A stretch of 63,399 bases of DNA, counting the filler, from Octopus bimaculoides (Eukaryota), in assembly GCF_001194135.2 (NCBI RefSeq). It is 5 parts of 5 records of this genome, joined end to end, with 100 filler letters (N's around TTAATTAATTAA, not from the genome) between each part and the next. Parts side by side here need not be neighbours in the genome. Positions count along the whole stretch, not along the records: positions 10,371 to 28,194 come from NC_068989.1; positions 28,295 to 59,849 come from NC_068992.1; 3 more parts are not named here. The stretch is one strand, 5' to 3'. The position numbers and the translations under genes are program-made. Positions within the stretch are counted from its first letter, which is position 1. Each line of letters opens with the position of its first letter. A model generated the notes under the pieces. That model ran no database searches. It had not been told where the DNA came from and saw only the letters and a list, made by a program, of their open reading frames with translations. Shown one piece after another: positions 24,374 to 38,814 of this stretch.

Positions 24374-24765
24374 TACTCTTTTACTTGTTTCAGTCATTTG
24401 ACTGCGGCCATGCTGGAGCACCGCCTTTAGTCGAGCAAATCGTCCCAAGGATTTATTCTTTGTAAGCTTAGTACTTATTGTATCGGTCTCTTTTGGCGAA
24501 CCGCTAAGTGACGGGGCCGTAAACACACCAGCATCGGTTGTCAAGCGATGTTGGGGGGACAAACACAGACATACAAACATATACACACATACATATATAC
24601 ATATACATATATACAACGAGCTTCTTTCTACCATATCTACTCACAAGGCTTTGGTCGGCCCGAAACTATAGTAGAAGACACTTGCCCAAGGTGCCACGCA
24701 GTGGAACTGAACCCGGAACATGTGGTTGGGAAGCAAGCTACTTACCACACAGCCACTCCTGCGCC
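24374..24765 (-). mobile_element. SINE-A, full length
   Basis: Collinear with the other copies from head to tail. Confidence 0.92.
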
Positions 24766-24899
24766 TATATATATATATATACACTTGTAATATTTATAAT
24801 TTAGAATAACAACTTTTTGTCTAACAGCGTTGAGCAAGCACGACCGCTCTTGAGTAGAGTCCTGATAGAATGTCGCTTGCTCTGGGCAGTATGACCACA

Positions 24900-25330
24900 A
24901 TGAGGAAGTCTAACACAACTCTAAATATCAAGCTCGGCTATTTGTACATGGCTGTTGAATTGGACCTACTATAAAGAAATGAATGTTACTACATCCTGAA
25001 GCTTAGTCTGAATAAGTCTCTAGGTGTGTGTTACATCAAAATACTGCTTTTAGTACTTAACATCAAAGGGAATGAGCACATTACTAATTATCATCGGTAA
25101 AGGTAGTTATCAGGGCAGTGTGGGAAAATAGTAGCTAGAAGAATGAACTTGGTTAACAACTGCCAGAGACACTGAAGGAAAGAGCAGCCCACAGAAGCAT
25201 ACGTAGGTATACACAAGAAAGATGAAGAAGCTATAACTACTGATGAGCTAGCGAGATATATGGAGACATATGTGATTGAATGGAGGACTCACCAGGGTGG
25301 AGTAGTGTAAAACTCATACCTTCTCTAGCT
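24900..25330 (+). mobile_element. Decayed RTE-clade LINE C-terminal fragment
   Basis: LNIKGNEHITNY resembles ILxIxWxxHITN; KIVARRMNLVNNCQRH resembles IxxRRMxLAGHCxRH. Confidence 0.55.
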
Positions 25331-26111
25331 TCTTTGTTCGACCACAATATAGAATAAACAGTGAAACCATTAACGGAAAGTTGATGTGATTGAACAACTT
25401 CCTAGAAATAGAAGCTACATTTTCTTAAAAGCACACGTATTTTAAATTAGGGAAGGACACATTAAAAATGTACAAAATCAACGGGATTTTCGCCTTCAAA
25501 AACTACAACAAAAACAACACCAGCACTGCTACTTAATCCATTTCGTCATTGCATTTTATTGAAATGAAGTAAGCTTCAGTACTGTATTTGGTATGCAAGA
25601 TTCTTAATGGGAGCATGTTCGTTGAAACATATTTTATTGTAACTCCCACTCCAATTAACCGTAAGCCCCAACTAATCGTCACAAACATAGACTTATTTCT
25701 GAAGCAAATTCAAAACAACTGTATTTCACAAATAAAACGTAGCCTAATGAACCCTTTATTTTGTTGTTTACATGAATCACTACCCCATTATCGCCCCACT
25801 TTTTACATGAACCACAACCCCGCTCTTGCCCCACATTTCTTCAACACACCCAGGAACCACTGATTTAGTCGATTAAACTCTTGAATGTGATTCTCCTTGC
25901 ATGGTCAGAGTTCAGTACTAGGAACCAGTAACAATAAGGGGATGCCTATTTTCTGAAATATATAACATGTTACAGCAGTTATAGTGGAGACATTGTGACA
26001 CAGTGGACGAAGTATCTTTGTGAATCAGATGGAAATGAAATGGTTATCAATATCTTTGAGCATTGACTGAAGTGTAGAAATGTCGAATTAAATACCTAAG
26101 TTTCCATTAAT

Positions 26112-26320
26112 GTGGCGAGCTGGGAAACGTTAGCATGTCAGGCAAAATGCTTAGTGGTATTTCATCTGTCTTTATGTCGTCTGGGTTCAAATTTCGCAGA
26201 AGCCGACTTTGCCTTTCGTCCTTTTAAAGTGAATAAAATAAGTAGAATTTGAGTACTGGGGTCGATTTAATTGACTCCAGTACTCTGCTGACATTGCTGG
26301 CCTTGTACCAAATTTTGAAA
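26112..26320 (+). mobile_element. SINE-B (diverged)
   Basis: ggcgagctgggaaacgttagc...gggttcaaatt...gcctttcgtcc...tactggggtcgat. Confidence 0.85.
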
Positions 26321-26407
26321 CTAATATTTACTTCCCATTCTCTGAATTTGAAATACTGCCTGAGATACCTTTACCTCTTAAGTATTTTCTCTATAGACTT
26401 GATACGT

Positions 26408-26443
<36 letters not shown>

Positions 26444-27066
26444 AGGAGGGGAGAGCGCGAGTTAGAGAGAGAGAGAGAGAGCGTGTGTAAAAGAGAGAGA
26501 GAGAGAGAGAGCTGAGTAAGAGGGAGTAACACAATGATTATTCCAATAGCGCTGACATCTGCAAAGACCAGTTCCTTATATTTCATATTTTTCATTCAGC
26601 ATCATTGAAAAACAGCTGCGAATGTCACTTCTAGAAACATCGCATATGTCATTGCTGTTCTCTTGGCGACTATTCCTTTTCGAAAGAACAATATTCAGAA
26701 AGGTTCTGTTCTGTACTGTTTGATTTTTTATTTTCCATAACAACAAAGACAAAACATCTTTGTGATCTAACGATTATTTCACATTCGCTTTAATCTACGC
26801 ATGCTTTCTTCTATTTTTAACTATTTGCGTGAGTGTGTGTGTGTGCACGCATGTGTATGCGTATACATATGTAGGTACATTAGTTTCACAAATTCCATGC
26901 ATGAAACTGTCGCACTTGAATAACTTTCTGCCGATTAAATATAGAAAATATATATACTAACGTTCTGAGTACTGTTTTTATGTTTCCGTTGCTAAAATTA
27001 TATGCGTATATATATTTATATATATATACACACACACACACACGCACATACACACACACACATACA

Positions 27067-27128
<62 letters not shown>

Positions 27129-28160
27129 TATATATATATATATATATAAAAGTATATATATATATATATATATATATACGCTTGTATTTGTTTAAGTATG
27201 TATGTGTAGGTATATAAATATTGATCGAAAATCGCAGGTAGGACATCACTCAACGAAGAAGAGACAATGTCACTTTTATTAACTATGTAGAACCTGACAA
27301 CAGTAGAGTTGTTTTTATATATTTTTGTATCTCCTAAAATGTATCAATGAATATATATTATAAAGCAGTGGATTCCTATATAAGTATTAATACGAAACAA
27401 GAAAATGAATAATAAATAAACAGTATGGCAATATGTCGTAGAGGCTCGCAAAAGTAATCAGAAATGGCGTCTTAAAAGTACGATAAAGATTGTGATATAG
27501 GAAGAAAAAGGTAGAGAAGGAGAAACTGAAAGATAGGGAAAATAATGGTGTTTATATAAGGGTATGAAGTTAAGCATATAGATAGCTAGTTAAATATGGA
27601 ACAGAACATAGGACATTCAAATAATATTGGCTGTATATATGATTAACTCCTATTCAAGAACGCTAAGCTGTTGGACTAGAGATGAATAAAGTAATCGTAG
27701 ATAAGAGGGAAACATTCATTTGTATCAGAAACAAAACGTTATAGCTGATCACAAATTAAACTTGAATAAAGACCTGTCAAAGGATTTAGTTGAATTATTA
27801 ATTAAGTTATATAAACGTTTATTAATAGCATAAGAAATCTAAGTTAAAATAACAAAAACATTTAGTGTTTCAACAGAAAGATTTTGGAAGGGCGCATGGC
27901 TGTGTGTGATCACTTACATGGAAGATGATTAAAATAATTGAAATGAAAGTCAATTAGAATATTATATTACCAAGTAATTAAGCAGAGAATGCTGTTGGTT
28001 TTATTAGGAATAAAGCAAAAAAAAGATAGTATGAGGTGACAAGATAGGTTCTGTTATATGATCTTGTTTGGAAATGGATTTGGGCATTCTCCACAATTTA
28101 AAACGCGTTCATATAAAGTATCGTAAAAGGATCTGATAATATTATATATACATATATTCA

Positions 28161-28194
<34 letters not shown>

Positions 28195-28294
28195 NNNNNN
28201 NNNNNNNNNNNNNNNNNNNNNNNNNNNNNNNNNNNNNNTTAATTAATTAANNNNNNNNNNNNNNNNNNNNNNNNNNNNNNNNNNNNNNNNNNNN
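28195..28294. other. Artificial 100-bp scaffold join
   Basis: 44 N + TTAATTAATTAA + 44 N. Confidence 0.95.
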
Positions 28295-29596
28295 TATATA
28301 TGCATATATATACACATATATAAGTACACACACACACATATAGATATTTTAAAGAATACTTTGATTCGGCTCCCGCGACATAAAGTTTCTCAGGCCTTAT
28401 ACAGAAGACCGTGTCCTCAGTTTTGAATACCGAAGAGTTCTGTAGAGGCCCGAGAACCTTTGAATTGCATGGAACTGAATCAACCTACTAAATATGTTGA
28501 GCACCTTTTCTTTCGTTTGTATTCTCACTCGTATATATATCTACATACTAGTAAATATATGCATATGTATACGGATTCATATGTGTCTGTTTTCAAATAC
28601 ATATACATGCATATATACATACAAGCATGCATGCATACATACAAACATACATACATATATATATANNNNNNNNNNNNNNNNNNNNNNNNNNNNNNNNNNN
28701 NNNNNNNNNNNNNNNNNNNNNNNNNNNNNNNNNNNNNNNNNNNNNNNNNNNNNNNNNNNNNNNNNNNNNNNNNNNNNNNNNNNNNNNNNNNNNNNNNNNN
28801 NNNNNNNNNNNNNNNNNNNNNNNNNNNNNNNNNNNNNNNNNNNNNNNNNNNNNNNNNNNNNNNNNNNNNNNNNNNNNNNNNNNNNNNNNNNNNNNNNNNN
28901 NNNNNNNNNNNNNNNNNNNNNNNNNNNNNNNNNNNNNNNNNNNNNNNNNNNNNNNNNNNNNNNNNNNNNNNNNNNNNNNNNNNNNNNNNNNNNNNNNNNN
29001 NNNNNNNNNNNNNNNNNNNNNNNNNNNNNNNNNNNNNNNNNNNNNNNNNNNNNNNNNNNNNNNNNNNNNNNNNNNNNNNNNNNNNNNNNNNNNNNNNNNN
29101 NNNNNNNNNNNNNNNNNNNNNNNNNNNNNNNNNNNNNNNNNNNNNNNNNNNNNNNNNNNNNNNNNNNNNNNNNNNNNNNNNNNNNNNNNNNNNNNNNNNN
29201 NNNNNNNNNNNNNNNNNNNNNNNNNNNNNNNNNNNNNNNNNNNNNNNNNNNNNNNNNNNNNNNNNNNNNNNNNNNNNNNNNNNNNNNNNNNNNNNNNNNN
29301 NNNNNNNNNNNNNNNNNNNNNNNNNNNNNNNNNNNNNNNNNNNNNNNNNNNNNNNNNNNNNNNNNNNNNNNNNNNNNNNNNNNNNNNNNNNNNNNNNNNN
29401 NNNNNNNNNNNNNNNNNNNNNNNNNNNNNNNNNNNNNNNNNNNNNNNNNNNNNNNNNNNNNNNNNNNNNNNNNNNNNNNNNNNNNNNNNNNNNNNNNNNN
29501 NNNNNNNNNNNNNNNNNNNNNNNNNNNNNNNNNNNNNNNNNNNNNNNNNNNNNNNNNNNNNNNNNNNNNNNNNNNNNNNNNNNNNNNNNNNNNNNN

Positions 29597-29629
<33 letters not shown>

Positions 29630-30037
29630 CCGTGTGTATGCATGTGTTTTTGCGAGCATATGTATGTATGTCGGTGTACACTTTTCTAAAATCACACGTA
29701 TACACGCATATATCTATGTGTGTGTGTATGTAGACGTATGTATCAAAATTTATGTCTATGTATACGTATATATCGGTATATATTTGTGCGCATATATACG
29801 TATATATCGGTATTTATTCGTACATATAGACACACAAAAAGCATACAGGACCGAATGCTTATATATATACGATGGGAAGCAGCTCGGTGACTGTACATGA
29901 TACATGATACAGATAGATATCACTTCTTAATTTACATCAAGAACAGAGGAGGAGCATGTAGCAACGGAATTTGTGCGTTGTAATAGTTCGGCCATATTTA
30001 TCCTCTTACATTTTCAAGTATACATATTGATTTTAAA

Positions 30038-30241
30038 TTTTGTCACAAGGCCAGAAAATTCAGGGAAGTGGGTAAGTCGTTTGCATCGACCTCAATACTC
30101 AACTGGTACTTATTTTGTTGATCCCGAAAGAATGATAGGCAAAGTTGACCAAAGTGGAATTTGAACTGAGAACGAGAAGACGGATAGAATGACGTTAAGC
30201 CTTTCGCCCGGCGTGCTAACGATTCTGCCAGCTCACCGCCT
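30038..30241 (-). mobile_element. SINE-B
   Basis: Reverse complement of the SINE-B head and core. Confidence 0.88.
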
Positions 30242-30574
30242 TGTCTTCACGTATTCATATTAAGAAGATGACAATGAAACTGACGTTAATTCTTTCTTGC
30301 AGTCAATTTTGCAGGCTCAATGACATGGACCGTAAAAATGACAATAAATCCATTTCCAAATGACTCTTTTCTATCAAGAAGTTCCTCATTGTCAAGCTAG
30401 TTATTTGCAATGGAATATATTCATGCATTTGTTTACTTTTATTCTCATATGCTTTCCTTGCAACTTGCAACTAATTTTCAGTTTTGCTTCCAGAATATCA
30501 TTCGTGTGTACAAATTTACTGCAAAGTACTACCTATCTCTTTCTCCGAATGTGTTCTTTTTTCTCGGCATATTA

Positions 30575-30805
30575 TTTCAAGATCGTCATACAGACCTCTT
30601 CCATCAATTTTGCAGTGTTTAGATCCCATTGGTGAAGAAGTTATTATTCTTTTGGTCAAAGAAGTTATCAACAGCATATATGACGTCATCATCACTGTGA
30701 TACTGGTTCCCAGTCAAGTGTCTTTTCATGTTGGGGAACACATGATAGGTAGGAGCATAATCAGAAGAATAGGGAAGGTGATCAATCAGTTCAACTCACA
30801 CACAG
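30575..30805 (-). mobile_element. Mariner transposase C-terminal fragment
   Basis: LIDHLPYSSDYAPTYHVFPNMKRHLTG..YHSDDDV matches the HPPYSPDLAPSDY motif. Confidence 0.85.
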
Positions 30806-31167
30806 TTCACCTTACACAGACACGCGCGAGCTCCTCCGCGCCCCTACACACTTGCACGCATACACGAACACACAGACACACGCGCACACATAAACATTGC
30901 ATATTGGGAAGGTCATCATGCCAATGATGATGACAAAGGAAGTGTTTCAATATCACGTCTTTATTGTTAGTCAATGATTTAAATATCTAAGAGACTGAGT
31001 AATCGAACGGTTGTTTGTTGAATTGGCTAATTAATCGGTTGATGGTTAGTGAAGCGTTTTTTTATCACTGCCGACGACAATTTTTTGTGGCTTCGGTCCG
31101 TAAAATCTGCTCGGAGTCCGTCCGGGAATTGCTCCAGTTTTCGGACAAACTCTCTTTTCTTTCTGCT

Positions 31168-31168
31168 A

Positions 31169-31225
<57 letters not shown>

Positions 31226-31269
31226 GATGATGATGATGATGATAATGATAATAATAATAATAATAATAA

Positions 31270-31300
<31 letters not shown>

Positions 31301-31432
31301 AAGAAGAAGAAAAGAGGAAGAAGTAGTAGGAAAAGATGTAGTAGGAGAAGAAGAAGTAGTAGGAGAAGATGAAGAAGAAGAAAGAGAACAACAACAACTA
31401 CTACTATACAAACAATAACAACAACTATAATA
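31168..31432 (+). repeat. Compound (AAT)-(GAT)-(AAT)-(GAA)-(CAA/CTA) microsatellite
   Basis: Directly visible. Confidence 0.95.
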
Positions 31433-31489
31433 AGAGAAGGCCTGGCGCTCGGCAGTGGTTCAGTAAAGATGCAGAGGGACCACCGCTGT

Positions 31490-32600
31490 TATCCTAATAC
31501 AGCGTCAGAAAATAGAGTAAAGCGAAAGAAGTGGAGCAGCGAATAAAACAGGATATTGATGCTGTGCTACTGAGAAAGTGAACCTAAAAGCAGGGGCTAT
31601 AGAAAAGGATGTTAACACTTAGGGTAAAAAAGGGTTTGTCTAAAGTGACTGGACAGGGAGTAGTGGATCAAGCTAATGCTATTAGGAGAGGGGAGTGGAT
31701 AACAGAAACGGAGGTAGAAGAGATGACATCTGGAAAGGAAAGACCAGGCAGTGGAAAAGACAAACAACAACATGAGAGATACAGCTGACACCGAAGAAGA
31801 ACCTACAAGGGAAAATAATAAGAGCGCTACCAGTTTGGAAGGAACCACTGGCACCGGTGACTTAATGGATTTAAGTCAGGAAGATCAGAAGATTTAAGAT
31901 GAAACGCAGGAAGTAATGAGTAAAAACGTAAGAAAAAGATTGCCAGCATTAGAAGGCACCAACAGATGGAAGCTGCTAGAAATGACTAGGAAAGTAGATG
32001 CTGTTATCAGTAGGATACAAATAGTATAGGAGACACTAAATTATTGATTTATGCAAGAGTCGCGAGAAGATAGATATCTCAGAAGCAAAGCTTAATAAAA
32101 CTGAAAATGTGGAAAAGGAGAGTACAAAATAAAGTGAAGACATTAAGACAAGATCTGAGTAGAATACAAACCTAGAAACTGAACAAGTTAGGAAACACAC
32201 AGATGCAAATCTTCCTCGAGAAAAGATATTTAGTCAAAGAGAAAAGGTTTGCGACAGTAATAGAAGAGTTGAAACAGCTTATCACAGCAGTAGCAGGCAA
32301 GCTCTTCAGACGGACATCAGAAAAGAATAGATCAGTATCAACAGAATAGATTATTAGGGACAGACAAGAGGAGGTTGTATAACCAAATAAATAGCGGAGA
32401 AAGAAGTACTGAAGAGGAGAAAGCTGATGCTGAAGAAGCTAGAAAATTCTGGGGTAATATTTAGGATAAACCAGTCAGTCATATTGGAGACGTAGTATAG
32501 TAAAATAAAGTGAGGGAAAAAGTAGTGAGTGAGATGTAACCAGATCTAAAACTAACTAGTGCATTAAAGAGTAATGTGCTAGGAAAATGCCGAATTGGTC
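31490..32600 (+). mobile_element. Decayed R4/Dong-like LINE, 5' coding part
   Basis: RVKRKKWSSE*NRILMLCY*ESEPKSRGYRKRMLTL, DQANAIRR..WITETEVEEM, DAEEARKFWGNI; ends near a KMPNW-like motif. Confidence 0.75.
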
Positions 32601-32619
32601 ATGTTGTCATTTCACCCCG

Positions 32620-32673
32620 CTTGCTTAGCAAGCATTTCGCCCGGCGTGCTCACGTTTCTGCCAGCTTACCGCT
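32620..32673 (-). mobile_element. SINE-B head fragment
   Basis: gcatttcgcccggcgtgctcacgtttctgccagcttaccgc. Confidence 0.8.
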
Positions 32674-32921
32674 TTATTTCCTGCAGTAATGTTGACGAAA
32701 ATACGAGAGAATCTGGTCAAAATATCTGGAAGACGGTAAGAGCTGAATATTGCCGAAATCTTTGACGACGCAAAAGACGGAGAAAAAATAACCAAGTTTA
32801 CAGAGCAATCTTGGTGCGTGTGTTTAACTCAAATGTTCATATGATCTGTGGTGCTAAAATTACACTTAGTCCCCCATACAGTCATGCATACTAATCTGAT
32901 TGAAGCAAGTAAAAACTAACG

Positions 32922-32996
<75 letters not shown>

Positions 32997-35299
32997 ATGT
33001 GTGTGAGTGTTTGGGTGTGGTGTGTGTGTATAGAGAGAGAGAGAGAGAGAGAGAAAGAGAGGAGGGGAAGACATATACATATATAACTATATATTTATGT
33101 ATATCGTATATGTATGTACAACATGCATAAACGCACAAGCAAACACGCACACACACTTACACACACACTTACACACACACATGTATAGAGAGAGACAATC
33201 AGACAAAAGCAGAAATATATAGATATACAGATAAATAGGCAGAACAAGTGATTGACAAACGTTACTATAATCATATTTGTTCTATGAGAATCTCCATAAA
33301 TAGATAAACCATTGAAATAGGATAAATTAATATCTCTAAAGTTGTAGATATATTATAGTACGTTGATATTTATCACCGTTCACAACTCATGCCAAATATG
33401 CAGTGTATATCTTACATAATATGCATGTTTTGTGAAGATATTTTCTTAAGTATACAGTTATTTTGAGGGAAGCGGCGGGATTTATATTTTCTTCATATAT
33501 TTTTTGTATTATTTATATTTTCTTTGGTCGTTGTGAGGACAGTACTTGCTCTCTTCTCTTAGGTTATTTACATAACTACATTTAATAGATTATTCTCTCT
33601 TATCATGTACCTGCTTTTGGTTTACATATATAAATTTTGCAGTACATTCTTACACAATTTATCGAATTCTCCTGTTTTATTCTACAGGTATTTCATTATC
33701 ATATACGATGCTTGATGGTGTCTATTCAAATCCTTCCAAGATTGACCTGATCAATAATAAAAGTCGCAATAGTACAAAGGAGTCAATTTAATAAACTGTA
33801 CCGTTGCTTATACATTAAAGTCTACATGTGCCAAAACTAAATTCAATTATCCCTTTCGTTTGTTTCATAATATTGCCTGCGAATGTGATGATAAAGCGAC
33901 AATGGAACGATAGTTGGCAGTAAAATATCGCATGCTTTGCCAGTTGGCATCAGATAAAGCGTAACATAATTTTTTCGTTTATAGTTTGTCGTTTGGATCG
34001 TTATATACGCTATTCATTCTATGTTCAGTTGGAAGATTTCGTAAAATGCTCCGTCTTTTATCCTAGTGATTATTTCCAATCAATGGCCTATACCTTACGG
34101 GCAACATAATTTTTAGCAGTGAAATCTCAAAGAATAACGTATACACAACTAATGAATGGTATTTTTCACTTTTATTTTTGTTCACTTAAAATAATAAAAA
34201 ACACACTCTCTCTCTGATTGTGAAACACAGACACATATAAGCATACATAGACGAATATTGTTTCTTCCTTTTTCTGGTCGATAAATAAAGTAATAATCTC
34301 GTACTGAGGCTTGTTGGCTCTCTCTGTACTTTTTCTTTCCCCACTCTTTCCCCCTGTTTCCTTCAGTCTTGGTTGGGCGTAGACTTTTATGTATCTATTA
34401 AAGAAACTTGAAACATGTGCGAATGAAAACGTTGAGAGGAGTCGAAAAAGAGCAACTGCCAACGCTCATGTTGAATGTATAACACATCTAATTGATATCG
34501 TACATTGCAAAGTATCGAATGCAGTAGAAATACTTAGCATTAAAGTGTAAGGAAAATGAATGGACAAAGATCAATGGAATGAAAACTTAGAAATCAAATG
34601 GAGCAGTTCAACTGAGATCTTCGAAGGACAAATGTAATATATGGACAATATGGATGACGAGAGGAGTGATGTGCATCTCAGGTTGGTTTAGGTAAATATA
34701 CTATCAATTTGACTTAACGTGTAAAATGACCCCAGGGAGAAGACCAGCCAAGTGAATATATTAAGATAGTTTTCTTAGGTGCGTTTTAAAAACATTATCG
34801 CATGTACAGGGAAGGTATCCGATATAGTTATCACTTGAGATTTCTTAGATTGCCGTCATCAATTTTGTAATCTAAAGCTATTAAAGATATTTAAGTAAAG
34901 ATCAAAGCTGTGAATAGGTAGATGTAATCCATCACTAAATCCTCATAGTTAATCTCATGTTTGCAACAGATAATTTCCAGAGGGGTGAATTTAAGTTGTC
35001 GTTGGATTTAAGATCAGTAAATGCATTACGGGTGTATTCAACATTACCGATTTTCACGTCAGATTTCCACACTGAAGTTAAATTCTTTCCTCCTTCCGCT
35101 GGTTTGTAAAATAGTCAGGGCCTCTGCTTAACTTCTAGATTTAATTTTAAACATTTTGAACTTCAGTGACAAATTATAACTGCTGTTTAGCTTTGTCAAA
35201 CATATAATTACGATTGGATGCCAAATATATAACTACAGTTTGATATATAAGTTTCAAAGTTTAGTGGAGAGGTAATTCTATTACATTGAACATAGTAAT

Positions 35300-35422
35300 G
35301 AAATGGTACTTAGTGTATTGAGCCCGAAAGGATGAAAGACAAAGTCAACCTCGTTGAAAGACGGATGAAATGTCGCTAGGTATTTAATCTGGCGTGCTAA
35401 TAATTCTGCAAGCTCACCACCT
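35300..35422 (-). mobile_element. SINE-B, diverged and internally deleted
   Basis: cccgaaaggatgaaagacaaagtcaacctcg...ggcgtgctaataattctgcaagctcacc. Confidence 0.7.
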
Positions 35423-35494
35423 ACACTTTGATATAAAACCATTATATTACAAAAGTAATTTTAATAAAGCTGTTTTCATTTCCTCATAACTTAG

Positions 35495-35605
35495 TAGTTA
35501 GGTTAAAAGACCGATACAATAAGTAACACACTCTAGAAGCACAAGTTCTTGAGACGATCTTTTCGACTAAACCATTCAACGCCATGCCCCAGCATGACCA
35601 GTGTC
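35495..35605 (+). mobile_element. Diverged SINE-A-type 3' tail
   Basis: gaccgatacaataagtaac...ttcgactaaa...ccccagcatgacc. Confidence 0.6.
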
Positions 35606-36504
35606 CAATGACAGAAGCAAGATGAACGGTAATGATAATTGAAATATAGTCTTAACTATCATTATTAAATTCAGATGAAAACTGTTAGGTAGTTTAGAAC
35701 TTAAGGTATAATAACTCATAGCCAAATATCGTATCCTCACGTATACTTTGCTTATGTTTAGAATTGTGAGTAAATCGTTATTTAAATCAATGTAGTGGAA
35801 ACCGACAGCTTATATGATGGTCTTGCTATTTGAAAGATTCAACTCTTATATGATTAGAAGAGTCATTAAACAAATATCAATATTTATTAAAGTAAATATA
35901 TTAGATTTACCACTGTTTGATTTATTACTTTAATCTTAATATATTGTAATCTCATGATAACTGCATTTTCGCGGGTGATTTCATTCTGCAATTCGTAAGC
36001 TTCAGGATTTTCTATAAATATTAGAAATGTAACTAAAGCTAGATAATGTCATTCGTAATGTCATTTATAATGGTAGAATGCTATGCAGATATGCGAAATG
36101 AGAACTAAAAGTATTTTGCAGACTGGCATTGCTCTGAACCTATCCAACAAGCTTTCGGTTCAGTAATTATGATCAAATTATAACGATACCAATTGGCATA
36201 GACTTTTATTATGTTATTTTGTCTTACATCCTTACGCTATAATATGTTCTGCAGGGAGATATAAAAAAAGAAATTAAAAAAGTCTTTTCTTATTTTTCTT
36301 TGGAGGTTGTGAGCCTTAAGTGGTTGGAATCGATTGGATTGGATTGCGCAAGTCCAGTCCACTGCAGGAAGAAGGCCTCAGCATGTTCTCTCCACCACAG
36401 AATGGTGTACGGTTATACTAGTTTGATGGGGCTAATCTGCTATACTGGTTCGACATGGCGTATAAGTGTGATGCAATTTCTATACTCATGCCCTATAATA
36501 TTCA

Positions 36505-36650
36505 ATTTGGTTACGTTGTCCCAGTACTCAACTGTTGCTTTGTTATCGATCCTGAAATGATGAAAGGCAAAGCTGACCTCGGTGAAATTTGAACTTACAA
36601 CGTAAAGACGGATGAAATGCCGATAAGCATTACTGCCGTCGTGCTAATCC
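36505..36650 (-). mobile_element. SINE-B fragment
   Basis: cccagtactcaactg...gatgaaaggcaaagctgacctcggtgaaatttgaact...gtgctaatc. Confidence 0.75.
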
Positions 36651-37479
36651 CCCGTGGTAATCTTTTGTGATCTCCCGTCTTATGTGGCTGTATGACACCT
36701 TATGGATAATGTTTGATCTCCTACTATAACAAGTCTTAATTAGCCAAAGCTAAAAGAAAGAAAAATAGTCTGGTTGTAAAACAGTGGAAAGAAGTTTATG
36801 TCCACCCTTTGTTGTCGCATCATAATCATTTAAGAATTACGAAACAAATATTTCTCTCCGGAATTTTACTGCAAATTGGTTTGATTTTGGAAGGTTCTAG
36901 TAGCATATAAGTGGTTCAGAAGAAAAGGTAAGAAGTCTTGGAGAATATGAAGACGTGTGCGGTCTTCCATGATTTTCTTTGCCGTGTAACATAGTCAAAT
37001 AGAAAAAGAAACAGAGGTAGAAAAAAAAAAGATAGTTTGAGAGAAAGTGATAGATAAATAGATAGATAAATAGATAGACAGAGAGATTGAAGACACTTTA
37101 TCAGCTTTACAAATGTTGTTTATTTATCGAATGCAGAAGGATGAGAGACATAGCGTACCGCAGTAGGATTGTGGTAATGAGGAAATGAAGCATGACATAT
37201 TCTCAGCCAATTTTCCAGTTGCAAGAGTACCAATAAATCCAAAATATTATAAAAAGAAATTAGTGCTTATACGGAGGAACTTTTCATTACGAAATATCGG
37301 TGAAAATTAGATTTCTTCTAATTTTCAGCGATATTTCTTAATGATAAGTTTCTCGGTATAAGCAACGATTGATACAAAATCCCTATCGCACAGTAAATGG
37401 ATAAAAAATCAAAATAGCATCGCAGCCTTTGATCTGTGATTAAGGAGGTCACTTTGTCGCAATGTTGTGGGTGCAGTTC

Positions 37480-37690
37480 CACTAGACGGCGCCGTGCAGT
37501 GTTTTCTCCTATGGCGTCCGCATCGACCATGGCCGTACCCGAGCTAGATATCCGACCACAACGTATGTAGATAACGTTACCAGAGAAACTAGATGCCTCT
37601 CTGAAGCCCCCCCCCCGCCAGCTAATGCTGGTCCGAGACGGAGGGCGTGCGTGGATTAAGAATATCCGAGAGAGGTCGACCAGATGATGG
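37480..37690 (+). mobile_element. Possible RTE-like 3' end (GC-rich patch)
   Basis: MLVRDGGRAWIKNIRERSTR* resembles RTE C-termini (MxDRxxWR...RxxST). Weak. Confidence 0.25.
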
Positions 37691-38319
37691 CACTCCGGAA
37701 ATAATTACGCCTTAAGGAGTGAATGCCAAATCAAAAGAAGCAAACTTCGTTTAGTTTTTCAGTAATTAGACATCATTTCCAAAGGTAATTACGTAGGATG
37801 GAAGGATGAAATGCCCGTATATACATGAAGTATTTACCAAATGTCCAATTGCTTATGTGATATAGCAATTCGTTATTACAGCAACTAAAATAAGCAGCTA
37901 TTAATTCATTTATGAAAATAACGTGGACCACGTATAAAACTTTAGGATTAAGTAAAGATAATTATTAAAATGCAATCAAATGAATAATTAAATGAAATAT
38001 CCCAAGATGTTACTACAAACGTTGTTTCGGAAACACAAACGTGAGATAAACTTCCTTAAATAATACCAAAAGAAATCAAAGCTGGTCCTTGGTGACTGAT
38101 ACAACACACACAGATATTCTTGTCTTTTAATTAACTTTGTCGATCTACCAACTTTGCTTTAGCTCCAGGCTTGGGTTCTTATAATCACTGCTGACGGTTA
38201 TTTATGACTTTTGAGTATCTCTTCTCCAGCTTTAACAATGTCATTGACTATACAAGTCTAATATTCAATTACTGACTTTCACATCTGTCTTTACCTTTTT
38301 CCACACCTTCCATGCACAT

Positions 38320-38332
38320 TTCTTCTTCTTGT

Positions 38333-38364
<32 letters not shown>

Positions 38365-38469
38365 CTCTTGTTCTTCTTCTTCTTCTTCTTCTTCTTCTTC
38401 TTCTTCTTCTTCTTCTTCTTCTTCTTCTTCTTCTTCTTCTTCTTCTTCTTCTTCTTCTTCTTCTTCTTC
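38320..38469. repeat. (TTG)n-(TTC)n microsatellite
   Basis: Directly visible. Confidence 0.95.
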
Positions 38470-38814
38470 AGCGTCCTACCCATCATAAAACTCAATATTA
38501 GCTTCTAACGTGTTCGCTACATCATTTTATCTTTCTTCTTCCTCCGCTTTCTATTTTACTCCTTTTTCCTGCTCCCTCTCCTTTCATTTACATACCATAA
38601 CTCGGTTTTCAAATTCTACCCTTTCGAATTTCATGCCTTGCCTTTCTTCTTTAAATCTCTTATTTCTGATATATATAACAACAGATTATTATTTGTCGAT
38701 ATAACTTTCATTCATATAAATTTTCATTATAAGCTCATCCATATTTGTGGTAAATGATATTTGATTCATACGTCTTAGTATTTAATTTATTCTTTATGAT
38801 ATTTACACATTCTT

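Noticed and set aside
28370-28425. Hammerhead on the minus strand (CTGAGGA...GAAAC...GTC)
   Set aside because: Stem I does not pair and the stem II closing pair is mismatched.
33688-34470. Coding exons after strong acceptors at 33687 and 34366
   Set aside because: Early stops or unrecognisable short peptides and no convincing donors; could only be UTR exons.
37480-37710. CpG-island promoter
   Set aside because: Only about 230 bp, no linked gene, and better explained as a TE 3' end.
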